IMG/VR virus record: IMGVR_UViG_3300037189_014399
Location: 32,001-96,000 of that record
DNA from: a virus
Strand: one strand, 5' to 3'
Length of the DNA: 64,000 bases
The stretch's first letter is position 1. The number at the start of each line of letters is the position of its first letter. The notes under the pieces are model-generated. The model did no database searches, was not told the origin of the DNA, and saw nothing but the letters and a program-made list of their open reading frames with translations. Made by a program: the position numbers and the translations under genes. Shown piece by piece: positions 18,824 through 28,740 of this stretch.

Positions 18824-19440
18824 TAGATTATTTTACTACCCTTCGTTGCAACCCAGCTCGTAGTTCTAGGGGCTACCTGGTAATTGGGGATAGTTGAATC
18901 ATGGCTGTAGGGATTGGTTGATCCAGGAACAAAGCTAACTGGTTTAACTACCTTAGGAGATGCAGTTAACTTAGGAACAGGAATGCTATTTTGATTTGGG
19001 GCAACTGCATATGAGGTTAGAGCAGAGCTTGAAGAGCTAAGATCCTTGCCTGCTAACTCATTGTTAACGTTTCTAGTTTCGGATGCAGATGCTGCATTGG
19101 GATTTACATCACCAAGCAGATCACAACCCAGCTCTAGCTCCATCATGTATGGGGCTTCTGTTCCACCGAATATGTGACGGATAGATAAGACCGTCCAGTA
19201 CCCAGATAAGTTATTAGGTACCCCATCAATGTAGACAGGATCATATGGACGAAGGTTTGAATTACCCACAACGTAAGCTCTAGCTCGGTATGCGTATCGA
19301 TCTGTGTCCGCAATATCGCTAGCAATATACTTAGCTTCAGTTAAAGAGGTAGCTACTTCATAGACATTATGCTTTTTAAACTTAGCTTTAGGTTTATTAG
19401 ACTTGCCTACATTTGAGAACCGAGGTGTATTAGATGCCAT
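18823..19440 (-). CDS. baseplate hub (gp27/GpD-like), C-terminal half
   Basis: GNSNLRPYDPVYIDGV...LSGYWTVLSIRH resembles the GpD/VgrG C-terminal motif. Confidence 0.65.
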   Translation of the reverse strand: MASNTPRFSNVGKSNKPKAKFKKHNVYEVATSLTEAKYIASDIADTDRYAYRARAYVVGNSNLRPYDPVYIDGVPNNLSGYWTVLSIRHIFGGTEAPYMMELELGCDLLGDVNPNAASASETRNVNNELAGKDLSSSSSALTSYAVAPNQNSIPVPKLTASPKVVKPVSFVPGSTNPYSHDSTIPNYQVAPRTTSWVATKGSKII

Positions 19441-20281
19441 ATAAGAAGTAATCCTCACTAGGTATTACAGATCCGTTAACAGAGATAGTGTGGTCTTTGG
19501 TCTGATGTGTGGTAGCAATTACATCTCCTGTATTTACAGAGAAGCCGCTTACAACACGATCAACAATAACTGCTCTATCTGGACTTTCATCTGAAAGCTC
19601 AGGCTTAAACATAAAGCAGGTTCCATACATACGTTGAGCTTTTGTTACCCCATCGTTATATTTAAAATAGGGTGCAGATGCTTTCTTGTCACCGTAGATC
19701 TTATTCTTTGATAAGAAATAAATAGTTGTGTTTTCTGCCCTTAAAGCAAAACCACACTGCTTTGCAAGACGTTGAAGCATTTGCCAATCACTCTGTCCTG
19801 CTTGAACTACCTGCTCACGAATTCGTGGATGACGTTCAGTAATAGTATTTAGTCCATGCTTCTTGCAAATCTTAGCAACAACAGAATCAGCTGTAGCATT
19901 CTTATAGATTTGCTGATCTGTATTCTTAAGAACGTATGAGGCAGCTACGCAAGTAATGGTTGTATTGTTAGTTGATGTTCCCGTTTCAGGATCAAGGTCG
20001 TATACGTAGCCATTAAAGGATGATTCGTTTGGTCCGGTGCTCCAAGTAAACACAACAGGATCCCCAGATACAATTCGTGTTGAATCTAAAAAGGGTTTAC
20101 CCTTAAACTGCAGGACCAATACGTCGTGAGAGTTTACAGTCTGAAATAGTTCAGCACCAATAAGTATTAGTTCAATAGCAGGTGTGTTTGGAAACTTTAC
20201 TCCAAACTGAGAGGAGCGGGCAGCACCTTCCCATACAAAGTCATGTTGAGCACCCCTAGAATTAAAGACTTCATTAGACAT
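19430..20281 (-). CDS. baseplate hub (gp27/GpD-like), N-terminal half
   Basis: F.GYV, N.TAD.VV.KI..KHGL, Q.GQSDWQMLQRLA..CGF. Confidence 0.75.
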   Translation of the reverse strand: MSNEVFNSRGAQHDFVWEGAARSSQFGVKFPNTPAIELILIGAELFQTVNSHDVLVLQFKGKPFLDSTRIVSGDPVVFTWSTGPNESSFNGYVYDLDPETGTSTNNTTITCVAASYVLKNTDQQIYKNATADSVVAKICKKHGLNTITERHPRIREQVVQAGQSDWQMLQRLAKQCGFALRAENTTIYFLSKNKIYGDKKASAPYFKYNDGVTKAQRMYGTCFMFKPELSDESPDRAVIVDRVVSGFSVNTGDVIATTHQTKDHTISVNGSVIPSEDYFLYGI

Positions 20282-20564
20282 GAGGGATCCTTATGATGGT
20301 TCCAGGTTCAATAGAAAATGGATCTGTGATCTCTGGATTTAAATCCATGATCTTCCACCAGTACTCAGAGGTATATAAGATTCCAGAGTTGTAAGCAAGG
20401 TTAGCTAAGCTATCTCCTTCTTCCCAGGAATGGTCTACGTACCTTGCGGTTTGAGACTCAGGAAACTTTCTAAACACAGCAATGTTATAGATGCCTGCTT
20501 CTGTCTTTGCAGGAAGCTGAGCAATTGGTCCATCGTAATATCTAGACAATCTACTTATACTCAT
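20274..20564 (-). CDS. LysM/tail X-like baseplate protein
   Basis: EGDSLANLAY....WWKIMDLNPEITDPFSIEPGTIIRIP. Confidence 0.85.
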   Translation of the reverse strand: MSISRLSRYYDGPIAQLPAKTEAGIYNIAVFRKFPESQTARYVDHSWEEGDSLANLAYNSGILYTSEYWWKIMDLNPEITDPFSIEPGTIIRIPHV

Positions 20565-22399
20565 TTAGTACCCAATCCACCAGTAACGGTCTTTCTAACG
20601 GTTGCAGTAGAGTTTTGGAATACTGCCTCAATAGCAGGATCGATATCTCCAAACGCTGGGATTCTAGTCATAGAGACATCAACAGTAGATAGCATAGGAA
20701 CCATGTCTTCTGTAAACAGAACATGGTTTACTTGAATAGAGTTTAAAGATACTTTGTACCTTAGGTTATCGTGGAACTTTATCCAGAATGGAATACCAGT
20801 TACGTAACCAAAATCAGAGCTCTTTGCCCCAACAGATCCTTGAAGCAATCCTTGAGAGGCGTCTTCAGGGTTACCATTTACAATTCTGTAAAAGAATTCA
20901 AGGTCGTATTCAGTTCCTCGGCTTAATATGCCTGCAATCTCTTTAGGTCCTAATGCTCTTGGATAGTTAATGCTGTATGCGGACTGACCAACAGCCTTAC
21001 GCAACTCAGTCATGTCTGCAATTCTATTTAGATACAAAGTGCAGGAGACAGCTGTGTTACCACCAAGTACGTTAGCTGGATCTGCGTTTCCTAATGTCCA
21101 GTCAATTGAAGTATTACTTTGTGTAGTGTAGGCAAGAGTTGTAGGGTTATAGTTAAAGTGAAACCTTAATTTACCTGTAGAGTTTTGAGTCTCTGCAGAT
21201 TGCTTATCTTGATAGCAATAACCTAGGTTGTTTGTAAACCCAGGGGTTTCAAAATCAAGACCACGACCACCATTCTCTACTCCTATACCGGACATCTGAC
21301 GTTTCATGTATGGAATATCACGAGTGTAGAAATGGTTAGGGGGATTCTCTTGAGGTTCAGTGGTGTCATAGGGAGCAGCTTTGCCTGGGTCGTTACCGCC
21401 GCCACCATTACCACCGCCGTTACCATTATTTGTTGTAGCAAGGCAATTTGTTTTAGATTGAATAACTTTCTTTGCTGCTACGTATCGACCATCTTTTTGA
21501 TCAGGAAGAATATTAGGACGACCTTCAGAGTCAGTTCCGCCAACTGCTATAGCATTAATATCATAGGTAGGTGTAAGTGAAGTCTTTTTATTTCCGTGCT
21601 CATCGTAAACATTGATTGTTCCTTTGTAACGATTTTTAAGAGCAGAAGAACCCACATTAGAAATGGTTTGTTGAATACCTACTTCAAGTACATACCAAAG
21701 GCCATCACAAGGACAAAGCCCACCATATCCACCAACTGTAACGGCATTGCTAACCTCGCTAGGTATTTGAGTTGCATTTCCCTTACCGGCTGTAAATGTA
21801 ACAGCTAAAGGTTTCTTTCTATACTTAGATGCCGGCACTTCATAATCACTGGCAGAAGTATTAAGTGTTGAATTTTTTGTTAAAGTAACTCGTACAGGGG
21901 GTACACCAATTGATCCTGTTTTTCCTGCAATTGGATACGCATAAAGATAAAACGCATCTCCAGAGAAATATGCATGACGATAGCCTGCAGATACAAACTT
22001 TGGTGGCTCTTGGTTTAAAGAAAAATTACTTGATCCACCATGTACGTTTTGAATGCCTGTAATTCTTGCAACCTTATTGTTGCTGTCAGCCCAAGTACGA
22101 AGAGTGTAGCCGGTGTCAAAACCTATTTTTACACCATCGCTGTTTACTAAAGAAGCGGATCCATTAGATCCTTCTTTCCAAACACGGATTACGTAACAAA
22201 TTAATTGTTCATTTGAAACTGTTCCATTAGTTAATGGAATAAACCCGCCCCTAGTTCCAAAATAATTCCATACAAGATTCTTTGTAGTGCTGCAGATATC
22301 ATCTGAGCTTGCAACAATTGATCGTTCTTCTGGTTGAGATGTAACAATGAGTGCCGATACAAAAGCCTCTACTGTATAGTAGACATCTGTTGTTGCCAT
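20561..22399 (-). CDS. baseplate/tail-tube initiator-like protein with long N-terminal extension
   Basis: C-terminal F.FNYNPT...L..IQV.H.LF..DMVP....V.V pattern; lies between tape measure and LysM genes. Confidence 0.6.
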   Translation of the reverse strand: MATTDVYYTVEAFVSALIVTSQPEERSIVASSDDICSTTKNLVWNYFGTRGGFIPLTNGTVSNEQLICYVIRVWKEGSNGSASLVNSDGVKIGFDTGYTLRTWADSNNKVARITGIQNVHGGSSNFSLNQEPPKFVSAGYRHAYFSGDAFYLYAYPIAGKTGSIGVPPVRVTLTKNSTLNTSASDYEVPASKYRKKPLAVTFTAGKGNATQIPSEVSNAVTVGGYGGLCPCDGLWYVLEVGIQQTISNVGSSALKNRYKGTINVYDEHGNKKTSLTPTYDINAIAVGGTDSEGRPNILPDQKDGRYVAAKKVIQSKTNCLATTNNGNGGGNGGGGNDPGKAAPYDTTEPQENPPNHFYTRDIPYMKRQMSGIGVENGGRGLDFETPGFTNNLGYCYQDKQSAETQNSTGKLRFHFNYNPTTLAYTTQSNTSIDWTLGNADPANVLGGNTAVSCTLYLNRIADMTELRKAVGQSAYSINYPRALGPKEIAGILSRGTEYDLEFFYRIVNGNPEDASQGLLQGSVGAKSSDFGYVTGIPFWIKFHDNLRYKVSLNSIQVNHVLFTEDMVPMLSTVDVSMTRIPAFGDIDPAIEAVFQNSTATVRKTVTGGLGTK

Positions 22400-25300
22400 T
22401 ATAGACCCCCTCCAATTCCATGTACTTTGAGTTTTTTATTTAATTCTTTATTAAAGGTATCAATCAATACTTGAGCATCTTTAGCCCCACCGTTTTGAAG
22501 TGTGACTCTCATATCTACTTTGATCTCTACTTTCTGAGAGGCTGAGAAGTTTGCGCTAACGTTTCTATTAGCATGAGATCTTGCAGCAGCAACTTCAGCC
22601 ATAGCCATACCTGCGGCGGAGTCATCTCCACCCTTGCCGTAATACCCATCATTCTTTGCAACTTGTTGAGCATCGTCAAGGTACTTAATAAACTGCCCAC
22701 CAGTATATGTAGACCAGGCTTTCCAACTCTTACCGTGGCTACTCTTTTCCCATGCAGCACGGATGTTGTACTTAGGATCACGAAGTCTTGATCCATCACG
22801 ATACTGATCGTGACTTCCCTTGCCATCGTAGTTCTGCCAGTGCTTCAAAGAACGAATCTGGAATAGACCGTAGCTAGGTCCCCACTTAGCATCTTGTAAC
22901 TTAACATCTCCTGTAGCCCCTGGATCAAGATGTGATTCGGCCATTGAAACAGCAAATGCTGTCTCTAAAGACTTTCCACGGAAGCCCTGTGTGTACAACA
23001 TACGCATGTATGCTTCACGACTTCCACCAGGAATCTTATGAGAGATATCTCCAAGCACTACGTTTAGTGAAGGATCAATAAGAGGATCACCTGATGCATC
23101 TTTTGCATACGCAGCTTTAGATCCAAGTTCTTTTGTAATGTCTTTAATGTTTAAAGATAGACCACGTTCCATAGCGGTACCAAGACGAGCAGATAACTCC
23201 ATAGAGTTTAAAAGTGACGCATCACTTATTGTATTGATTGCAAAAGATTTATTCTTTGTACCATTAGGATTAAACAATGGATAGCCACCCTCTGTAGGAA
23301 GTGGTGGACTGAACTTAGCATCCTTACCAATGTACTTTCTTGGATCAACACGACCTTGTGCACCAGGACCTCCGTTGTCACGAAGTTCAAAGTGAAGGTG
23401 AGGACCAGTAGAGTTACCTGCACCGGTGTCTCCTGGCTTACCACCAGAACGACCAATCTCTTCTCCTTGATGAACGGTCTGTCCTGTACGAACCTTGATA
23501 TAAGAAAGGTGACCGTACAGTGTTGACTTCTGACCGTGAGTAATGATTACGTAGTTGCCGTAATCTTTATGCTTTCCTGTGTGGGTTACCTTACCGTCAG
23601 CTGCAGAGTAAACAGGAGTTCCCTTTTTTACACCGTAGTCAATACCACTGTGCTTTACAATCTTTCTTTTTGTTGTGTGAGGATCCTGACGCATACCAAA
23701 GCCGGATGTAACAATGGCTTTCCTTGTAGGGGCCTGGAATTTAGAGGCTACCTTCTGGCTAGCCAGTGACTGGGTACCGCCGCTTTCCCCTCCATGACCA
23801 AATACGCCGTGACCATGGTCGCCCATTCCAAGGCCTGGAACGTCGTTACCGCCGCCTCCACCCATAAGACCTGAGATAAGACCCCAGATGGTGCCTCCGA
23901 CGGCTCCTATGGCCGTTCCAGGGCCCGGTAAGAAGGATCCTATGGACGCTCCTATGGCAGCATCTTTACCCACATTTAGGGCTAGATCTCCAAACTTCTT
24001 AAGACCAGGGTTATTCTTAGCTAGCTTGGTATTGTCCAGGGGGTTCTTAACTGCCTGAGCAAGCATGGCTAGAAGGGCTAGAGGCCCGCCTCGTCTAATT
24101 CCCTTACCTAAAGCGCCCCGTATTCCTCCGCCACCCTTAGCTAAGCTGGCAGCAACAGATCCCTCTGTAGCCAAAGCTGCAGGATTGTTCATCATTGTCA
24201 TGGCTTGCATCATTGCCTTGTTTTGCATGTAACCATAACCCATACCAATTGCACCAGAGGTTACAGCTGAGATAGTTCCTCCAACACCACCTAATCCAGG
24301 CACGGTTTGAAGTACGCCCTTTAATCTTCCAAGAAGATTAGTTACCTCAGGAAGTGCCGCAGCAAAATCAGCAAGCGCATTGTTAGCAGCGGCTACGCTA
24401 TTTAAAGATGTGTTGTACCCAGAAACTAATCCCTGGTTAGTATTCTGAAGAAGCTTAGCTTCACTTGTATTGTAATTAAACTGAGCTCGCAACGGAGAGT
24501 TCTTTGCCACACCCATTAGATCTAAAGCTTTAGTAGATCCCTTAAAGGCGTCCTTACCTAAAGCTCCGTTGTTTCTTACTCTAGCTACAAGACCCATTTG
24601 AATTTGTGCCATAAGATCCTGGTTACCACCAGTGATCTGAAGAAGTGAGTTGTAGCCCTTACCACCAGGATTCATGACAGATGTCATGACCTGATCTACT
24701 GTTACTTTCTTTCCACCAAATAAAAAGTTATAAACGTCATTGACGATTGTAGGGATTGGTTTAAGCTGACCATTCTTATCACGAATTTGTACTCCCATTT
24801 TTAGGAAGGACATTCCGTTCATCTGTGATAGGGCACCAGCTACCTGCTCGTTAGTTCCTCCAGTGAGTGCACTGAGTCCACCAACAGAGGACATAATATT
24901 CTTTGAGCTTAATGTGTTTGCAAGGAAGCCACCACTATATGCAACTGAAGCCATAGCTTGAGTTGGACCAACGGCACTAGTTGCACCATTTCCTACAGCA
25001 CGGTTTGCACGAACAATAGAGCTCTGAGCTGACATTCCGCTAAGGCCTGCCATAGTATCTGCGGCCATACGAAGGTTAACAGCTGATTGCGTGTTGGGCA
25101 TTAAGCCCATACCAAGCGCAACAGTTCCAGCAGCTACAGTAATGCCACCGGCAATCTTTTCTGCCTTTGTGTAAGGCATTTCTGGCATGTCACCCATGCC
25201 AAGTTTCTTTGCAGGAGAGTTAGTCCCACCACCACCAGTGGGACTATCGCCTGTACTTAATTTTACATTTGCTGCACTCTTAATACTCTTTTCAGTATTT

Positions 25301-25461
25301 GCTGCAGACTTTTCAATCTTCTGAAATACGCCGTAGAGTTTTCCAGCAGCGGTAATTGCTAAGTTAAAGAACTTTTGGACACCGGCATTTGAGCCCATGC
25401 CAATGGAGCCCTTCTCATTATTTCCATCTGAGGGGCTAAATAAGTTCTGGTTACTTGCCAT
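22399..25461 (-). CDS. tape measure protein with M23 peptidase and lysozyme-like domains
   Basis: Ala/Gly-rich helical N-half; HSGIDY...YGHL...STGPHLHFE (M23); AESH...SYGLFQI...WSTY (lysozyme/transglycosylase-like). Confidence 0.88.
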   Translation of the reverse strand: MASNQNLFSPSDGNNEKGSIGMGSNAGVQKFFNLAITAAGKLYGVFQKIEKSAANTEKSIKSAANVKLSTGDSPTGGGGTNSPAKKLGMGDMPEMPYTKAEKIAGGITVAAGTVALGMGLMPNTQSAVNLRMAADTMAGLSGMSAQSSIVRANRAVGNGATSAVGPTQAMASVAYSGGFLANTLSSKNIMSSVGGLSALTGGTNEQVAGALSQMNGMSFLKMGVQIRDKNGQLKPIPTIVNDVYNFLFGGKKVTVDQVMTSVMNPGGKGYNSLLQITGGNQDLMAQIQMGLVARVRNNGALGKDAFKGSTKALDLMGVAKNSPLRAQFNYNTSEAKLLQNTNQGLVSGYNTSLNSVAAANNALADFAAALPEVTNLLGRLKGVLQTVPGLGGVGGTISAVTSGAIGMGYGYMQNKAMMQAMTMMNNPAALATEGSVAASLAKGGGGIRGALGKGIRRGGPLALLAMLAQAVKNPLDNTKLAKNNPGLKKFGDLALNVGKDAAIGASIGSFLPGPGTAIGAVGGTIWGLISGLMGGGGGNDVPGLGMGDHGHGVFGHGGESGGTQSLASQKVASKFQAPTRKAIVTSGFGMRQDPHTTKRKIVKHSGIDYGVKKGTPVYSAADGKVTHTGKHKDYGNYVIITHGQKSTLYGHLSYIKVRTGQTVHQGEEIGRSGGKPGDTGAGNSTGPHLHFELRDNGGPGAQGRVDPRKYIGKDAKFSPPLPTEGGYPLFNPNGTKNKSFAINTISDASLLNSMELSARLGTAMERGLSLNIKDITKELGSKAAYAKDASGDPLIDPSLNVVLGDISHKIPGGSREAYMRMLYTQGFRGKSLETAFAVSMAESHLDPGATGDVKLQDAKWGPSYGLFQIRSLKHWQNYDGKGSHDQYRDGSRLRDPKYNIRAAWEKSSHGKSWKAWSTYTGGQFIKYLDDAQQVAKNDGYYGKGGDDSAAGMAMAEVAAARSHANRNVSANFSASQKVEIKVDMRVTLQNGGAKDAQVLIDTFNKELNKKLKVHGIGGGL

Positions 25462-25616
25462 CAACCAACCCTAGGTTTCTCTAAGGCTTTGGATATCCAA
25501 AGCACTCTTTCTCTTACCGAAAGATTACGGATCTCAGTCAATGTCCACCCAGGATAGTTCTGTGAAAGAACATCATAGGTTTGAATGATTAGATCGTAAT
25601 CTATTTCACTCCTGAA
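25461..25616 (-). CDS. frameshifted C-terminal extension of the tail assembly chaperone
   Basis: Not in track. +1 frame reads FRSEIDYDLIIQTYDVLSQNYPGWTLTEIRNLSVRERVLWI...; no start codon at its 5' end; its TGA overlaps the tape measure ATG. Confidence 0.7.
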   Translation of the reverse strand, partial: FRSEIDYDLIIQTYDVLSQNYPGWTLTEIRNLSVRERVLWISKALEKPRVG

Positions 25617-26421
25617 ACAAAGAAGCCAGTGTTAGTGGCAACGGGACCTCCGACCCGCAGAACTGACAAGGCTTAGTAATTTCATCAAGTTGTGGACCTG
25701 GGTTGCGATCTGAAATGGCTTTAAGGATATCTCTACGATCTTTGATTCCAAGGTTGCGAACCTCGTCACCGTCAATCAAGGGAATACCGTTAATCGATTT
25801 AACGCAGCTCTTTAATACAATGGTGTCCAATTCGGCTGCGGTTTTATTATTAGAGTTTACTAGACTCTTTTGTGTGTGTCCTGTAGGAAGTGATACTTCT
25901 ACAGTCCCAACCTTACAAGTAATATTAAAGGTCTTATCAGATTCAAGCTTTTTAAGCTTTACATCTGTGTTAAGTCCAACAGTTAAGGTCTGGGTTTGAT
26001 CTGGGCACTTTGAGCATAGAGGACCTTCAAAGATAACCTCATCACCAAAGGTGACACGGCGGATTGCAAGCAGGAGCATTTCACGATCTCCGGCTAGCAA
26101 CATATCCAAAACGTCTTTTTCTGCTGGCTTGTCTCCAAGGCGTACAACCGCACGCTCTAGAATAAGCATCAAAGCCCTACCAATATCGGCCGCCTTTGCA
26201 ATGGCTTCCTCATCAGCCCCAGTTAATTCTCGTACTTCTGCTGTAGAGATGAATCCTTCAAATGGATCCATCAATCCAGCTACTAGTTCAACGGTGGTGT
26301 CAGGAGGAGTAGGAGCCTTACGTCTTACTGGCTCCTGACTCCCTACCTGATCACTTAATGCTTCTTCTGCGATTTGATTAACAAGTTGTGGATTATCTAC
26401 TGCACTGATTTTTGTAGTCAT
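25606..26421 (-). CDS. tail assembly chaperone (T4 gp26-like)
   Basis: VRELTGADEE, GDRE.LLLAIRR.TFG, CxxC pairs; lies between tube and tape measure. Confidence 0.75.
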   Translation of the reverse strand: MTTKISAVDNPQLVNQIAEEALSDQVGSQEPVRRKAPTPPDTTVELVAGLMDPFEGFISTAEVRELTGADEEAIAKAADIGRALMLILERAVVRLGDKPAEKDVLDMLLAGDREMLLLAIRRVTFGDEVIFEGPLCSKCPDQTQTLTVGLNTDVKLKKLESDKTFNITCKVGTVEVSLPTGHTQKSLVNSNNKTAAELDTIVLKSCVKSINGIPLIDGDEVRNLGIKDRRDILKAISDRNPGPQLDEITKPCQFCGSEVPLPLTLASLFQE

Positions 26422-26442
26422 TTTATACCTTATCTTTCGTTA

Positions 26443-27105
26443 TTAAGCTAGTGGTGTGTAATTCATACCTGATGCTTGAGAAGGATCCGCAGCAGTTGTT
26501 GCGTAGTCTGTTGCATAGGCAACGTCAAAACCTTCGTGAACAATCTGCATTTCTTCAACCATCAATGTGTTAGCTCCTGCATCAAGGTTGCTGTAGCTGA
26601 GGTTTGTGATCCATGCGTTATAAATATGGAAGTGAATTGACGCATGCTGCTCACCTGGAGTAGTGGCTGCCGCACCAGCTGAGGTCTTTGTAGCCTTTGG
26701 GTTTGGATGGCTAAGAACCTGGATATCAATGTCGCAACGGAAGTCTGCGCCAATACCTGACTGTGCATTACCAGTCAAGGTTGAGAATAGGCGCTTCATC
26801 CATAGGACGTTTGCATTCTGACCTAGTAGTACACCCTTTGAGAATGTAATAGGTGTGAATGAAGACTGTCCAGGAATCTGGTGGAAGTTGGTGTTGTATC
26901 CGCCTTCACGGTAAGCGATTGCTTCTGTAGCAATACTTAAACCAGAAACGGAGACGAAACCCATCTTTCCCCAAGTATCGGTGGTAGTTTTCCACCCCTG
27001 AGCAGAGTCAGTGTTCGTTGGGTTAAAAGAAACCACGAACTTGAAGTTACGTACTGGATCGGTTAGCAGTGTGCTAAACGGTCTTAGAATTGGCGAATCG
27101 GCCAT
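26443..27105 (-). CDS. tail tube protein (T4 gp19-like)
   Basis: DPVRNFKF, GFVSVSGL, YREGG, PITFSKG, YNAW...SNLDAG.N....E...HEG. Confidence 0.93.
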   Translation of the reverse strand: MADSPILRPFSTLLTDPVRNFKFVVSFNPTNTDSAQGWKTTTDTWGKMGFVSVSGLSIATEAIAYREGGYNTNFHQIPGQSSFTPITFSKGVLLGQNANVLWMKRLFSTLTGNAQSGIGADFRCDIDIQVLSHPNPKATKTSAGAAATTPGEQHASIHFHIYNAWITNLSYSNLDAGANTLMVEEMQIVHEGFDVAYATDYATTAADPSQASGMNYTPLA

Positions 27106-27119
27106 GATAGTTTATCTCC

Positions 27120-28682
27120 TTACGCCGTAGCGTTTCCTGTGAGTTGTCCAAGCTTGATAACAATGAATTCGGCTGGGTACTCGAGAGCAACGCCTACTTC
27201 AATGTTAACAATGCCATTTTGAATATCAGCTTCTGAGTTATTAGTTCCATCGCAAATAACATAGAAAGCTTGCTGAGGTGAAGTTCCACGAAGACCGCCT
27301 TGCTGCCAGTATCCGCGTAGGAATGTATTGATGCCGGTACGAATACGTGACCACAAGATTGAGTCGTTGTTCTCAAAGAGAGCAAACTGACTGCGGTTAT
27401 CGAGTTCTGTCTTCAAGTACATCATTGAACGACGAACGTTGATGTAACGGTTTGAAGATGTATTGTTAAGTGTACGAGCACCCATAAGTACAATGCCTGC
27501 GCCAGGAACCTGACGGATTGCATTGATAGGTTCTGTGCCGGTGTTTAGTGTGTCTAAGTCTGTATTTGAAAGCTGAGTCTGTGTTGACACTGCTAATGCG
27601 ACACGGTTTCCAAAACCTGCTGGAGCCTTGAATACACCACGTGATGTATCTGTTGCCAAGAACTGACCAGCTGCAATAGCACCTGGGGCCTGTAGGCGTG
27701 TTGCTCCACGAGCAGCCTTTGTTGTATCTGGGATATTAACCCAAGGATAGTAGATTGCTGCTACTTCTCCATGGTTGTTTCCAGAGAAAGGTGAGGTTGA
27801 TTTTAGATCTGAAGCGTACTGTTTAGCATCTGAGACGGTTAATCCAGCAGGAACATCGCAGATTGCAAATGCATTGTCACGGCTAGCGCAGTAATCAACC
27901 ATGTCAGCTTGAAGCTGCATAGACAATGTGCGATCGGCTGAGCTTCCTGCAGTGTTGTAAACATAAGCAGCATTAGGAACGTTAAACACAAGTGGGTTCT
28001 TTACTGGATCAAACAATGTATATGCAGATGAGTAATTAGAACGTGTTGGTGTGCTTCCATCTAGGCCGCCAGTAAGAGCGTGAGGAACACCATCTGCCGT
28101 TGGGCGGTTATCTGGGGCAACAGAGGCTGAATTTTGATCAGTCAATGTAATGTAAGATGAAGATGCATTTACATATGAAATTGCATAACGTGGGTCTGTT
28201 TTTACCATGCTTAGATCAGCAAACTGTTCTACAAGAACGGTGTTTCCTGAAAGTGACTGGTATACATAAAGTGCAAAACGATTAGCAGCACCAGAGTCAA
28301 TAACTTGAACTGCAAAGTTATTACCCCAAGCTCCTGCGTTATTTGCCTTTACTAAAAGTGTAGCCAGTGCTGATTGTGAACGGTCTGTCAATACAACAGA
28401 TGCTTGTGCGGCGTTTGAACCGACTACACGCTTGATGTAGGCCTGGTTACCACCGTTAGCAAAAAAGTTATATACAGCCCAGGTCATTGGATAGGCGTCA
28501 TTGACATCGCCAAAGGTATCGACGAAGTTTCTCCAAGAACGTACTAGAACAGGTAACGCTGTTGAACCCATCGCTGCTGGGCCGACAAATGCGCCTACTG
28601 CTGATCCGTTGTCAGACAACTGAATCGTCTGAGCAACTGGTACCTCTTGTACATAGACACCAGGTCTACTAAATGTAGCCAT
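27120..28682 (-). CDS. contractile tail sheath protein
   Basis: RPGVYVQE, FFANGG..AY, YYPW, RGVFKAPAG, GARTL, YINVRR, FENN, PAEFIVI. Confidence 0.97.
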   Translation of the reverse strand: MATFSRPGVYVQEVPVAQTIQLSDNGSAVGAFVGPAAMGSTALPVLVRSWRNFVDTFGDVNDAYPMTWAVYNFFANGGNQAYIKRVVGSNAAQASVVLTDRSQSALATLLVKANNAGAWGNNFAVQVIDSGAANRFALYVYQSLSGNTVLVEQFADLSMVKTDPRYAISYVNASSSYITLTDQNSASVAPDNRPTADGVPHALTGGLDGSTPTRSNYSSAYTLFDPVKNPLVFNVPNAAYVYNTAGSSADRTLSMQLQADMVDYCASRDNAFAICDVPAGLTVSDAKQYASDLKSTSPFSGNNHGEVAAIYYPWVNIPDTTKAARGATRLQAPGAIAAGQFLATDTSRGVFKAPAGFGNRVALAVSTQTQLSNTDLDTLNTGTEPINAIRQVPGAGIVLMGARTLNNTSSNRYINVRRSMMYLKTELDNRSQFALFENNDSILWSRIRTGINTFLRGYWQQGGLRGTSPQQAFYVICDGTNNSEADIQNGIVNIEVGVALEYPAEFIVIKLGQLTGNATA

Positions 28683-28740
28683 TGTGATTTACTCCTTAGT
28701 TAAGTTAGTTATTTTCTTAGGGGTCCGTATTGTTTTAAAT

